64,000 bases of DNA, from NCBI GenBank assembly GCA_951406725.2, contig OX597815.1, forward strand, positions 15,872,001 to 15,936,000, given 5' to 3'. Numbering within the stretch: position 1 is the stretch's first letter; the number at the start of each line of letters is the position of its first letter. The position numbers and the translations under genes were made by a program. This DNA is from Octopus vulgaris. Lineage: Eukaryota. Shown here piece by piece: positions 26,059 through 36,282 of this stretch. Below the pieces are notes generated by a model that saw nothing but the letters and a program-made list of their open reading frames with translations, ran no database searches and was not told where the DNA came from.

Positions 26059-26275
26059 GAGTCATTTTCATTTTGTGCCTTATTATGTAACACACTTACC
26101 GGTAAAATTTCCACTTTTTTCTTATTTTTATTGTCCTAAAATTTTCGTTGTGTCTTCCAATCTTTTCAATAGCTTTGACTCAAAACTATTGAAAAGGTTG
26201 CAATAAAAATAAGAAAAACGTGGAAATTTTACGGTGAGTGTGTTACATAAATAAGGCACAAAAGGAAAATGACTC
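26059..26275. repeat. Fold-back palindrome with ~75-bp arms plus an inner hairpin
   Basis: GAGTCATTTTC.TTTTGTGCCTTATT.ATGTAACACAC.TACCG.TAAAATTTCCAC pairs with its reverse complement at about 26198-26275. Confidence 0.85.
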
Positions 26276-26679
26276 TCCCCAGACACAACAGAATATGCTT
26301 CAACACACGAACTCATATAAAGTATCTTGCAAACCAAATCCCAAAACGAAATATTATTTATTGAAATAGACCTTTATTTTCATCGATACAATGCAGGATA
26401 CAATATCTTCGAAAGACTGCGGGAGGACTGGTGAGAAAACGGGAGTAAGGGAGTTTACCTCTCTGGGATGACAAGTAGATAGAGGGGGAAAGTTGTATTG
26501 TCACGCGATGGCAATCCATAAGGGAGGGCAAGAAGATACTCTTTGACCAGGGCCCGAGTAATCAACAAGATGGAACCGAGTTTAAATTCCGTATTTATAT
26601 TTACTTCTAAGTAAATGAGGTCAGGCTAGACAAATGATTTTCTGTCTCTTATCTGCATAGACCCTATTTAACCTCAATT

Positions 26680-27162
26680 GTATGCATGCATGTATGTATG
26701 TATGTATGTATGTATGTATGTATGTATGTATGTATGTATGTATGTATGCATGTATGCATGCATGCATGCATGCATGTATGTATGTATGTATATATGCATG
26801 CATGCATGCATGTATGTATGTATGTATGTATGTATGCATGCATGCATGCATGTATGTATGTATGTATGTATGTATGTATGCATGCATGCATGCATGCGTG
26901 CATGTATGTATGTATGTATGTATATATGTATGTATGCATGCATGTATGCATGTATGTATGTATGTATGCATGCATACATGCATGTATGTATGTTTGTATG
27001 TGTGTGTGTATGTATGTATGTACGCATATACGTATGTATGTATGTATGTATGCATGTATGTATTAATGTATGTATGTGTGTATGTATGTATGAATGCATA
27101 TACGTATGTATGTATATATATATGTATTAATGTATGTATGTGTGTGTATGTATGTATGTATG

Positions 27163-27192
<30 letters not shown>
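26680..27192. repeat. Compound (TATG)n/(CATG)n microsatellite
   Basis: Direct inspection. Confidence 0.95.
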
Positions 27193-27194
<2 letters not shown>

Positions 27195-27624
27195 ACATAT
27201 CACAGTTTGGCCGAGTAATAAATTTACGTGAAGAACAAAAATTACATACGCTCAAATAAACGCAAAAATGCTCTATCCTACCAAGGAACTTCTGACCTCA
27301 GTCTCCCTCTCTTTCTTTCTCCTTCCCTCTCTTCTCTTCATCAGTCGGCGACTAAATACCATCACGATTTTGACACCTTCTGTCAATATTGTTCAATATG
27401 GAAATATCAGCAGCAGAAGCTGCTGGGGTATAAGATGAGCAGACAGGAAAAACGGACAGATATGGACGGGCTGAGACAAGAACAGCAATAGAGAAAATAT
27501 GATCTTTAGATAGAACTGTAAAAATACGTATACTTATGTATACACTACTGTTTTTCGACTTGGCGTTTAAGTCAAGACAAGTTGTATGAAATAAGGCTTG
27601 TGTAGCCAAGTTGTACGAAGCAAC

Positions 27625-27745
27625 ATTTAGATGTCAGCTGCCCTGCAGATATAAATATCTCTTTGAAAATCAAAGAAAAAGAGGATATCTATGGACAACT
27701 GCTTCGAAACCTTCAGCTTCTATATCCAGACTATGAATTCTGTAA
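27625..27745 (+). mobile_element. R4/Dong-type RLE fragment
   Basis: DVSCPADINISLKIKEKEDIYGQLLRNLQLLYPDYEF, homologous to 43100-43230 on the minus strand. Confidence 0.75.
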
Positions 27746-28120
27746 AAGCTTACAGAAAGAGAAATAGAGCAGCTAATTCGTACATTACAAGTGCAATCTT
27801 TGAGTCGAACAGAAAAAATATGCTACACTCCTCTCACGTTCCAAATGTGAATTTGTCTGTGTTAACTACATCCCAAAGATGAAGCCTTGTATCTTTGTTG
27901 GAAACCAGCTTCCTCCTCAGTGGAAGACTTATGATAATTAAAAAAATAGAAGAGACATAAATACATACATACATACATACATACATACATGCAAACATAC
28001 ATACATATATACATACATACATACATACATACATACATACATACATACATACATACATACATGCATGCATGCATGCATACATACATACATACATACATAC
28101 ATACATACAAACAAACATAC

Positions 28121-28555
28121 ATGATGGCTGCCACCTCGTTATCGAGTATGGCCATTGCACGAAGTTTAACTGTTATCGGTGCTGTGATCGAATGTAACTT
28201 TTTAGCCCAGCTAAAGATCTACAATGTCTTGTACAAAATTGGCAGCTAAAACCTTTACTGGTAATAGCCGGCTGTAGTTGTAACTGGGCTTCATGTACCT
28301 TTGCATGTCGTTTAAGTCCTCTTGCCAAATTACACTCTCTTCCACATGCCTGACAGATATGATTAGTATGGTGTGTTACACCACCACCAGTGGCCAGGCT
28401 ATCACTCATCTGTCTCGTTTTATGACTACGAAGATGACTCTTGAGTCCAGCTTTACTGAGGCAGGGTCTTGCACAGACATTGCATGTCAGCATCATAGGG
28501 AGACCCTTCCCATCTGGAAGTGTAACAGTGATGCCCTTCCTGACATCCCTCCTGA
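28121..28555 (-). mobile_element. 5'-truncated RTE-type LINE 3' end encoding three C2H2-like zinc fingers
   Basis: ORF 28173-28586 contains CNVCARPCLSKAGLKSHLRSH, CQACGRECNLARGLKRHAKVH and CQFCTRHCRSLAGLKSYIRSQH. A short 3' UTR is shared with 25361, and (TATG)n flanks both sides. Confidence 0.7.
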
Positions 28556-28847
28556 CATACATACATACATACATACATACATACATACATACGTATGTGC
28601 GTGTGTGTGCGCCTCTTTACCGACCACCAAACATAATTTAAGTAGCTGCTACGGACAAAGTGAATGCATCTAATCATGTCTGTCCACAAACGTATTTCCT
28701 ACATTTTTTTTTTTTTATTTCTTGAAACTGAATTTGTTTTCCTTTCAAAACACTATAGCAGAGAGCATACGCAAAGGAAATCATAATTCCAGTGATGTCA
28801 TAAAGAATTGCGTCAGAACTTGGAACGCTGGAACTTTCAAAGAACCC

Positions 28848-28898
<51 letters not shown>

Positions 28899-29038
28899 AC
28901 GTGTGTGTGTGTGTGAGCGTGTACATGTGTGTGTATACGAATGCGAAAGCGCGTACGAACGTGTGTCTGTATGGTGATCATGGTTTACCCCTGTGCCAGG
29001 TAAGTGCCTGGAAATGGGAATATCAATGTACCATTCCT

Positions 29039-29141
29039 GTCACGTGACCTTTCTTTTCAACCAATAATATCTTTGATCTGGCAGATCACGTGCTACATCT
29101 ACCTTATATAAAACACGACATTCGGCGAGTTACTTCATAGT
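29039..29141 (+). promoter_or_regulatory. Core promoter of the protamine gene (two E-boxes, CCAAT, TATA, Inr)
   Basis: GTCACGTGAC 29039-29048, CCAAT 29061-29065, CACGTG 29087-29092, TATAAAA 29107-29113, and Inr-like TCA(+1)TAGT with the A at 29137, 30 nt from the TATA T. Confidence 0.75.
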
Positions 29142-29236
29142 CGTACCGATTTTCAATCTTGCTCTAACTTTCGCTGCAATAGAGAGAGAGAGGGGTGAGA
29201 CACTTTCGGAAGCCTTGAGTGACGACAGACACAAGG

Positions 29237-29551
29237 ATGATTGTTAAAGAAAACGCATCGCGTTCGAGGACGCGTAGAGCAATACGCCCATCCATGAGCC
29301 GGCAGAGTCTGCTGGTCGGTGGCGGAAGACGAGAGCGCAGTTTATCCAGTGTGAGAAGTCATGGTAGTTTTAACGGAGGCAGATTAAGTCGTAGACGAGT
29401 GTATTCCATTGGTGGACGACGGCGACGACGACGGCGACGATCGAGAGGAAGAAGGGGGAGGAGGAGAGGACGAAGGAGGGGGCGAAGGAGGGGACGAAGG
29501 AGGGGGAGAAGGCGAAGACGAAGGAGGGGCGGCCGAAGGAGGCGACGATGA
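29237..29551 (+). CDS. Sperm protamine precursor (Octopus Po1/Po2-type), intronless, 104 aa
   Basis: MIVKENASRSRTRRAIRPSMSRQSLLVGGGRRERSLSSVRSHGSFNGG-RLSRRRVYSIGG-R8SRGRRG(RRRG)4R7GGR5*. Mixed Arg codons (CGA/CGG/AGA/AGG/CGT) argue against a microsatellite. TATA lies upstream and AATAAA downstream. The leader-GG-polyArg layout matches cuttlefish spermatid protein T, and the last 56/44 aa agree with my recollection of O. vulgaris Po1/Po2 (to be verified). The first ATG is 29237; the ORF track starts at an upstream GTG. Confidence 0.92.
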   Translation: MIVKENASRSRTRRAIRPSMSRQSLLVGGGRRERSLSSVRSHGSFNGGRLSRRRVYSIGGRRRRRRRRSRGRRGRRRGRRRGRRRGRRRGRRRRRRRGGRRRRR

Positions 29552-29711
29552 AGACGACAGAAGTGAATTAGAAACTATTTTCTATAAAAATAGTTCTCGG
29601 TTGGCTTTTGCGACTTCACAAAAATGAGACAATTTAACATCTCTAGGACTTTCGCTTCTTAAGTTGGCCATTATTGCTTACCGCACGTGGAATTAAGAAT
29701 ATAAGACGATT

Positions 29712-29750
29712 AATAAAAATGTTTCCGAAAATTTGTTTTGTCTTTATTGT
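29712..29750 (+). terminator. Polyadenylation signal of the protamine gene
   Basis: AATAAA at 29712-29717, followed by the T/GT-rich TTTGTTTTGTCTTT. Confidence 0.7.
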
Positions 29751-29994
29751 TTGGGCTGAACTGCGTGGGTCGCTTAATTCAAAGGTTGAAAATATTCAAA
29801 GGTTGAAAACAAAACTCCCATCAATGAAAAACTAAGTTGATTTAACAGCAAGGAAAGTTTGGAAGAATAAATCAACTCTCGACATAGCCACAAGTTCGTT
29901 CAAGTTCAACAAAATCGGAACTAAAGGAACTGGTAAGAGAAATGCAAGATTCAGTTTTGAATCCTGGCTTAGAATCAAGGAACTTCTGACCTCA

Positions 29995-30895
29995 GTCTCT
30001 CTCTCTTTCTCTCTCTCTTTCTTTCTCCTTCCCTCTCTTCTCTTCATCCGTCTTCTTTTTCTTCCCTCGCTCTCGCTCAAAGTTCTGACCCCTATCTCCT
30101 CTTTCTCTCCCTCTTTCTTTCTCCCTCTTTATTTCTCCTCCTTCTCTTCTTCCAGCTTTTCTTCCTCTCTTTCTGTTTCCCTCCCTCTCTCTCACTTCAG
30201 TCTCTCGCTATTTCTCTCGCTTCTCTCTTTTCTCTCTTCATCCATCTCTCTTCCTCCCTCTCTTTCTTTTACCCTTCTTCATTCGTTTCTCTTCCTTCCT
30301 CGCGCTCTCTCCCTCGCGCTCGCGCCCTCTCTCTCTAAAACGGTCATCTACATCCGTCTCTCTTCCTCCCTCTCTATCTCCCTCTTCCTCCCTCTCTATC
30401 TCCCTCTTCCTCCCTCTCTATCTCCCTCTTCCTCCCTCTCTATCTCCCTCTTCCTCCCTCTCTATCTCCCTCTTCCTCCCTCTCTATCTCCCTCTCTATC
30501 TCCCTCTTCCTCCCTCTCTATCTCCCTCTTCCTCCCTCTCTATCTCCCTCTTCCTCCCTCTCTATCTCCCTCTTCCTCCCTCTCTATCTCCCTCTTCCTC
30601 GCGCTCTCTCCCTCTCCCTCGCGCTCTCTCCCTCTCCCTCGCGCTCTCTCACTCTCCCTCGCGCTCTCTCACTCTCCCTCGCGCTCTCTCACTCTCCCTC
30701 GTGCTCTCTCCCTCTCACGATTTGAGAGTCTCCCCACTCTCTCATACCTATATACACAAGCATTAACTTTCTTTCTCTCTCTCTTTCTCTCTCTCTCTTT
30801 CTCTTTCTCTCTTTCTCTCTTGACACATATACGCGCGCACACACTTAGACCGACATGATATATTGAACAAATGGTTATTGGAAGGATCTTTTGTA

Positions 30896-30970
<75 letters not shown>
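29995..30970. repeat. CT-rich tract with 22-bp (CTCTCTATCTCCCTCTTCCTCC)n and 20-bp (GCGCTCTCTC.CTCTCCCTC)n minisatellites
   Basis: Direct inspection of 30360-30710. Also an ~80-bp unit duplicated at 30815-30895 and 30965-31045. Confidence 0.9.
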
Positions 30971-30973
<3 letters not shown>

Positions 30974-31299
30974 ACACATATACGCGCACACACTTAGACC
31001 GACATGATATATTGAACAAATGGTTATTGGAAGGGATCTTTTGTATAGTTTTCGTCTGTTCCAATTGTTTCCCCTCTAAATCCATAAAGTAAAGTTAGCC
31101 TTTAAAATTTGCAAAATTTGGCTTTTAGCCAGAACAGACATCACCATGGCGAAGAAGCATGTTTCCATAGTACCCAAAACAAAGAATCACGTGTTCCATA
31201 GCTGATTGTGAAGAACTGTTTCCATTGTAACCAAAGATGCTGAGCATGCGCACAAGGAGTATAGCCACTACATTGCCGGGAGCTGTCAAGCTTAATAAG

Positions 31300-31600
31300 T
31301 TACGTAGAACACGTGTTGTCGCATCTGGGACGAATACAGCTGTCGGCTGGTTCTATAATAAAGGTGATACCGCCAACTGGACTCTCAAAGGAAGGTAAGG
31401 CGTGTTTTCACTGTACGGTGGCAGTACTGAAAGAGTGTGTGGAGAACCAGAATGGAAGGTTTGGTGACAGGATCCTTTGTCTCTGGCTCGGGTCTGTTAA
31501 ACTGCTTCAGATATCATCTGAAGAGCAAGATGAAGTTGGTGAAGAGGAACCTGCCACAGAAAAAGGATGTGAATTGATGGAAGGATGTGATGAGAAAGGT
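31300..31600 (+). mobile_element. Diverged Tx1/L1-clade ORF2 C-terminal fragment
   Basis: VEHVLSHLGRIQLSAGSIIKVIPPTGLSKEGKACFHCTVAVLKECV aligns with VEQLLSCIGWIRLSAESIVKIAPPTSFNQEGKAVFLCLVAVAKEVV at 33423-33560. Confidence 0.75.
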
Positions 31601-31694
31601 GGGTGTGAGTAACCCGGCTTAGTCATCAATGAAAGGAGAAAATAGTTTCTGGGCCTTTAGGCTGCCGGGTAACAATCTATACTGTGCTTATATA

Positions 31695-34132
31695 TCCGGC
31701 TAATTGGCAAGGCGCAGACATGCGCCGGCGCCTTGCTGACCAGGTCGATACACGATAATCTCCATCTCATGCGCTACATCATAGAGAGGGTGGGTAACGA
31801 CGCTGGCGCGGATGGGGCTTTGATCAATTTAGATCAGAGTAAAGCCTTCGATAGGGTCGACCATCGATACTTGGCAGCTGTTCTCAAGGCAGCCGGTTTC
31901 GGTCCAGTCTCCCGCGGGTGGATCGCTGCTTTATACAGCAACGTCTGCTCAGTGATACGGGTGAACGGTCACCTTTCGGAGCCGTTTGACATCTCGCGTT
32001 CGGTCCGCCAAGGATGCCCTCTCTCCTCCTCCTTGTATGTATTGACTCTCGAGCCATCTTGGAGGCTTTGAGGGGTATCCCGCGCGATCTAGGAGGTGGA
32101 AACAGCGTGTCTGCCTATGCCGAGACGACGCCACCGTGATGGTGTCGAGCCACAGGCACATTGACCTGATCGGCGAGACGCTAAACGAGTACGAAGCGGT
32201 AACAGGGGCAAAAATTAATGCGGAAAAGTCCGTGGGCTTGCAACTGAGCACCTGGAGAGGCAAGTCCATGCCGTCAAACAGCCTCGTAGGCGCTGGACAG
32301 ACGGACCCGTTAAACTGCTCGGGGTCTGGTTCGGCCCAGACCTCCAGGTGGATAAAAACTGGGAAGAAGTGACAAGCAGGGTGGCCAATCTCACCCAGAA
32401 ATGGGCCGAGAGGAAGCTGTCCCTGAAAGGTCGAAGCGGTAACGGGGGCAAAAATTAATGCGGAAAAGTCCGTGGGCTTGCAACTGAGCACCTGGAGAGG
32501 CAAGTCCATGCCGTCAAACAGCGTCGTAAGGCGCTGGACAGACGGACCCGTTAAACTGCTCGGGGTCTGGTTCGGCCCAGACCTCCAGGTGGATAAAAAC
32601 TGGGAAGAAGTGACGAGCAGTGTGGATAAAAACTGGGAAGAAGTGACGAGCAATGTGGCCAATCTCACCCAGAAATGGACCGAGAGGAAGCTGTCCCTGA
32701 AAGGTCGAGCGGAGGTGGCGAATGCGTACATCGCATCCGTCATCTATTACCGATTGACCGTCGTCCCTTGTCCCGACCGCTGGTTGGCCAAGCTGGTGCG
32801 CCTGCTCTTTGACTTTTTGTGGAAGGGTCAGGTACCACTGGTCAGGTGATCCATCTGCTGTCAACGGCCGCTGAACGGAGGCCTTGGCATGCCGTCGTTA
32901 CTGATGCGCAAACATGCGCTCAGGCTACGGCATCTCAAGTGTTTCCTAGACGGTGAACAGGTGTGGTCGTCTTTTGTCAGACGCGACTTTCCGCAGCTTG
33001 TCTCTTTGACAGAGCTGCAAACCTGGATCAAACGCAGACCGAGAAAGGGCGCTTGGCACCTCGAGTACCGTCAAGCTCTCTCCGCCCTCCACCAAGCGGG
33101 CAATGCGATCGGTAGTAGTTCCACTCTTGCGTTCTATAGAGGGTTAGTGGAATAAAATTGCGACGACGTTCTCGGGGAAATTCTAGGCGTTGACGATATC
33201 GAGTTGAGCGGTCTGTTCTGAAGGACTTTCGGGCTGGGGCTAATGGATAATTTCCAGAGGCCGCTCACCTAGCAGTGCTACCGAGGGGCACTGCCTGTTC
33301 GGGATAAACTCTACCGACACGAAAGTGCCGTCAGCCGGACCTGCTCGAGGTGCTGCCAGGACGACGAAACCGTTCTGCACGCACTCGTCCAGTGTCCGAG
33401 TATTGCTGAACTATGGGTTTATGTCGAACAGCTACTGTCGTGTATAGGATGGATCCGGCTATCAGCTGAATCCATAGTGAAGATTGCTCCGCCGACCTCC
33501 TTTAACCAGGAGGGCAAGGCAGTTTTCCTTTGCCTAGTGGCTGTAGCGAAAGAGGTGGTATGGTGGACCCGTTTGAAAGGGCTAAGGCCAGACACTTTCC
33601 TCTTTGGCCCAGGCCTCATCAACTTTTTTAAGTTTCATTTGAAAAGGAAGGTGAGAGTAGAGAGGGAAGTGCTGTCTGATAGCAAGTTTACTGAAAGGTG
33701 GATAAATGTCGTAAGAATGGCCAGTATGAAAGGACCCATTCTGAGAATACACCTGTAAGAAAAAGGTATTACAAAAGGCGAAAGGGGCTCTCTACACGCC
33801 CCCCCCCCCTTTTGACCAGGCTCCCGTGGCTTTTATGGGTTTTTCTACTAGGAACCTAGGCGAAAGGGGCTCTCTACACCCCCCCCCCCTTTTGACCAGG
33901 CTCCCGTGGCTTTTATGGGTTTTTCTACTAGGAACCTTTCGAAGCACCTCCCCCTATTGGGAGTTTTTCATTGTTAAATATTTTCGTTGTTATACTGTTT
34001 TTTACACGGATTTTCAAACGGACAAAACCCTTTGTAACTTTCGTCCTGTGTTTTAGTCCCTTATGTTATAATTAATTTTGTCAGCCCTTGTGGCCAATAA
34101 AAGAATTAGTTATTATTATTATTATTGTTATT
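31695..34132 (+). mobile_element. 5'-truncated Tx1/L1-clade LINE (RT, zf-RVT, 3' UTR), pseudogenised
   Basis: LINLDQSKAFDRVDH, SVRQGCPLS, disrupted YADD at about 32116, KINAEKS, LSLKGRA, GGLGMP and CSRC..ETVLHALVQC. Stop at 33758, AATAAA at 34096 and a (TTA)n tail. Confidence 0.92.
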
Positions 34133-34607
34133 GACTGGATTTGTATTGTTCATTGGTCTAATATTTTTGCACCTTTCTTTAATTTGGGGGCTGAAATATT
34201 TCGTACTTTTCATTAGCAATTCTCGCCATTATATCATTTTTATATATATTGATAAATATAAGTTACGATAGATATTAATTCTTATATCTATTTATTTAGA
34301 TTTTTTTTAATTAGGTGGTATATTTATTATGTAGTATTAAATTTTAAGATAATTAGGTATTATATTAATTGATATTTAGTCGATTATATTATAGATTGAT
34401 ATACTAATCTATAGATACTACACATGTATATTAATTATATAGTTAGCTTATTTAATGCGTTTGTCTATATTTGAACCATTTCTTATTTTGATTACAATTT
34501 AATGACTTGTACTAGCATTGGGCATATTAATTAATTTTAAAGTATTTAATAATTTAAGTATTGTTTTAGTTTTCGCTTAATGTATATTTAGTATTATATA
34601 TATATAT

Positions 34608-34925
34608 ATGTATGCGTGTGTATATGTTTGTGTGTCTGTGTTTGTCCCCCAACATTGCTTGACAATCGATGCTGGTGTGTTTACGTCCCCGTTACCTAGC
34701 AGTTCGGCAAAAGAGAACGATTGAATAAGTACTAGGCTTACAAAGAATAAGTCCTGGGGTCGATTTGCTCGCCTAAAGGCGGTGCTCCAGCATATATACG
34801 ACGGGCTTCTTTTCAGTTTCCGTCTACCAAATCCACTCACAAGGCATTGGTCGGCCCGAGGCTATAGTAGAAGACACTTGCCCAAGGTGCCACGCAGTGG
34901 GACAGAACCCAGAACTATGTGGTTC
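34608..34925. mobile_element. SINE family C with inverted 3' half
   Basis: 34608-34793 is the 3' half on the plus strand; 34794-34925 is the head on the minus strand. Confidence 0.85.
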
Positions 34926-35072
34926 GGATTATATACGTTTTTATTATTTTTTTTGGAATTTACAATTATTGGTATTTTATTGTTATTTTAATTTTAATAT
35001 TTCTATTATATGTAATTTTCTAGATTGTGTAATTTAATTGTTCATTTTGAATTGATAAAAGGTGGTTCTTTC

Positions 35073-35126
<54 letters not shown>

Positions 35127-35187
35127 GAAAGAACCACCTTTTATCAATTCAAAATGAACAATTGAATTGATAAAAGGTGGTTCTTTC

Positions 35188-35229
<42 letters not shown>

Positions 35230-35231
<2 letters not shown>

Positions 35232-35633
35232 TCCGGCACCAGTTCCACATAGCCCCTGCCCATTCAAAGTACCTTGGATCCCGGAACATCTCGCTGTGCT
35301 TGAGGAGACCTGTTGAGTCAAGTGCATGTACATGAACATCGAAACAAATATCAATGGAAACAGTAGTTGTGATACCTGTGCCGGTGGCACATAAAAAGCA
35401 CCAACCGATCGTGGCCGATGCCAGACCCGTCTGGCACCTGTGCAGGTGGCACGTAAATGGCACACACTACACTCGCGAAGTGGTTGGCGTTAGGAAGGGC
35501 ATCCAGCTGTAGAAACACTGCCAGATCAGACTGGAGCCTGGTGCAGCCCCTGGCTCCCCAGACCCCGGTCAAACTGTCCAACCCGTGCTAGCGCGGAAAA
35601 CGGACGTTAAACGATGATGATGATGATGATGAT
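35230..35633 (+). mobile_element. SINE family B, long copy with (GAT)n tail
   Basis: Family B core plus 5' portion, with (TA)n on both sides. Confidence 0.9.
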
Positions 35634-35830
35634 ATATATATATATATATAAAATTAGAAAGAACCACCTTTTATTATTCAAAATGAACAATTAAATTACA
35701 CCATCTAGAAAATTACATATAATAGAAATATATATATATATATTATATTGTGTGAATTTTTCCCCTGTAAGTTAGGATTAATATTCCCTCAAATAATAAT
35801 TATTATATATATGTGTGTGTGTGTGTGTGT

Positions 35831-36127
35831 GGAGGCGCAATGGCCGGTTAGGGCAGCAGACTCGTGGTCGTAGGATCACAGTTTCAATTTCCAGACCGGG
35901 TGTTGTGAGTGTTTATTAAGCGAAAACACATCAAGCTCCACGAGGCTCCAGCAAGGGGTGGTGGCAATCCCTGCTGTACTCTTTCGCCACAACTTTCTCT
36001 CACTCTTTCTTCTGTTGGCCTGCTCGCTTAGCCAGTGGGGTGGTGTCATTTGAAGGCTAAAACAATGCGAAGTGCTTTGTGACCAGCGATATGTACCAAC
36101 ATCTGATAGCCTGGTCAGTCACAGTGG
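35831..36127 (+). mobile_element. SINE family D head with a different 3' tail
   Basis: First ~185 bp match 2431-2615; the sequence then diverges completely. Confidence 0.8.
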
Positions 36128-36132
36128 TCACA

Positions 36133-36184
<52 letters not shown>

Positions 36185-36282
36185 TCCACCCTCCAATTCA
36201 CTCAGAAAGCATTGATTACCCAGGGCTATAGTGTACATGTATGTTTTTTTTTTTTTGTGTGTGTGTGTATATATATAATTGT

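Noticed and set aside
28997-29005. Perfect splice donor CAG|GTAAGT upstream of the protamine promoter
   Set aside because: The preceding sequence is GT microsatellite with no convincing acceptor or coding exon.
29219-29236. GTG start given by the ORF track for the protamine
   Set aside because: Eukaryotic gene; the in-frame ATG at 29237 has a purine at -3 and is the first ATG after the predicted TSS.
29409-29627. Acidic D/E/G ORF overlapping the protamine in another frame (possible built-in chaperone)
   Set aside because: Starts at TTG and is the expected shifted-frame reading of CGA/AGG/GGA codons; no independent evidence.
31949-32864. 264-aa and 116-aa minus-strand ORFs
   Set aside because: Antisense frames of the GC-rich Tx1 reverse transcriptase.
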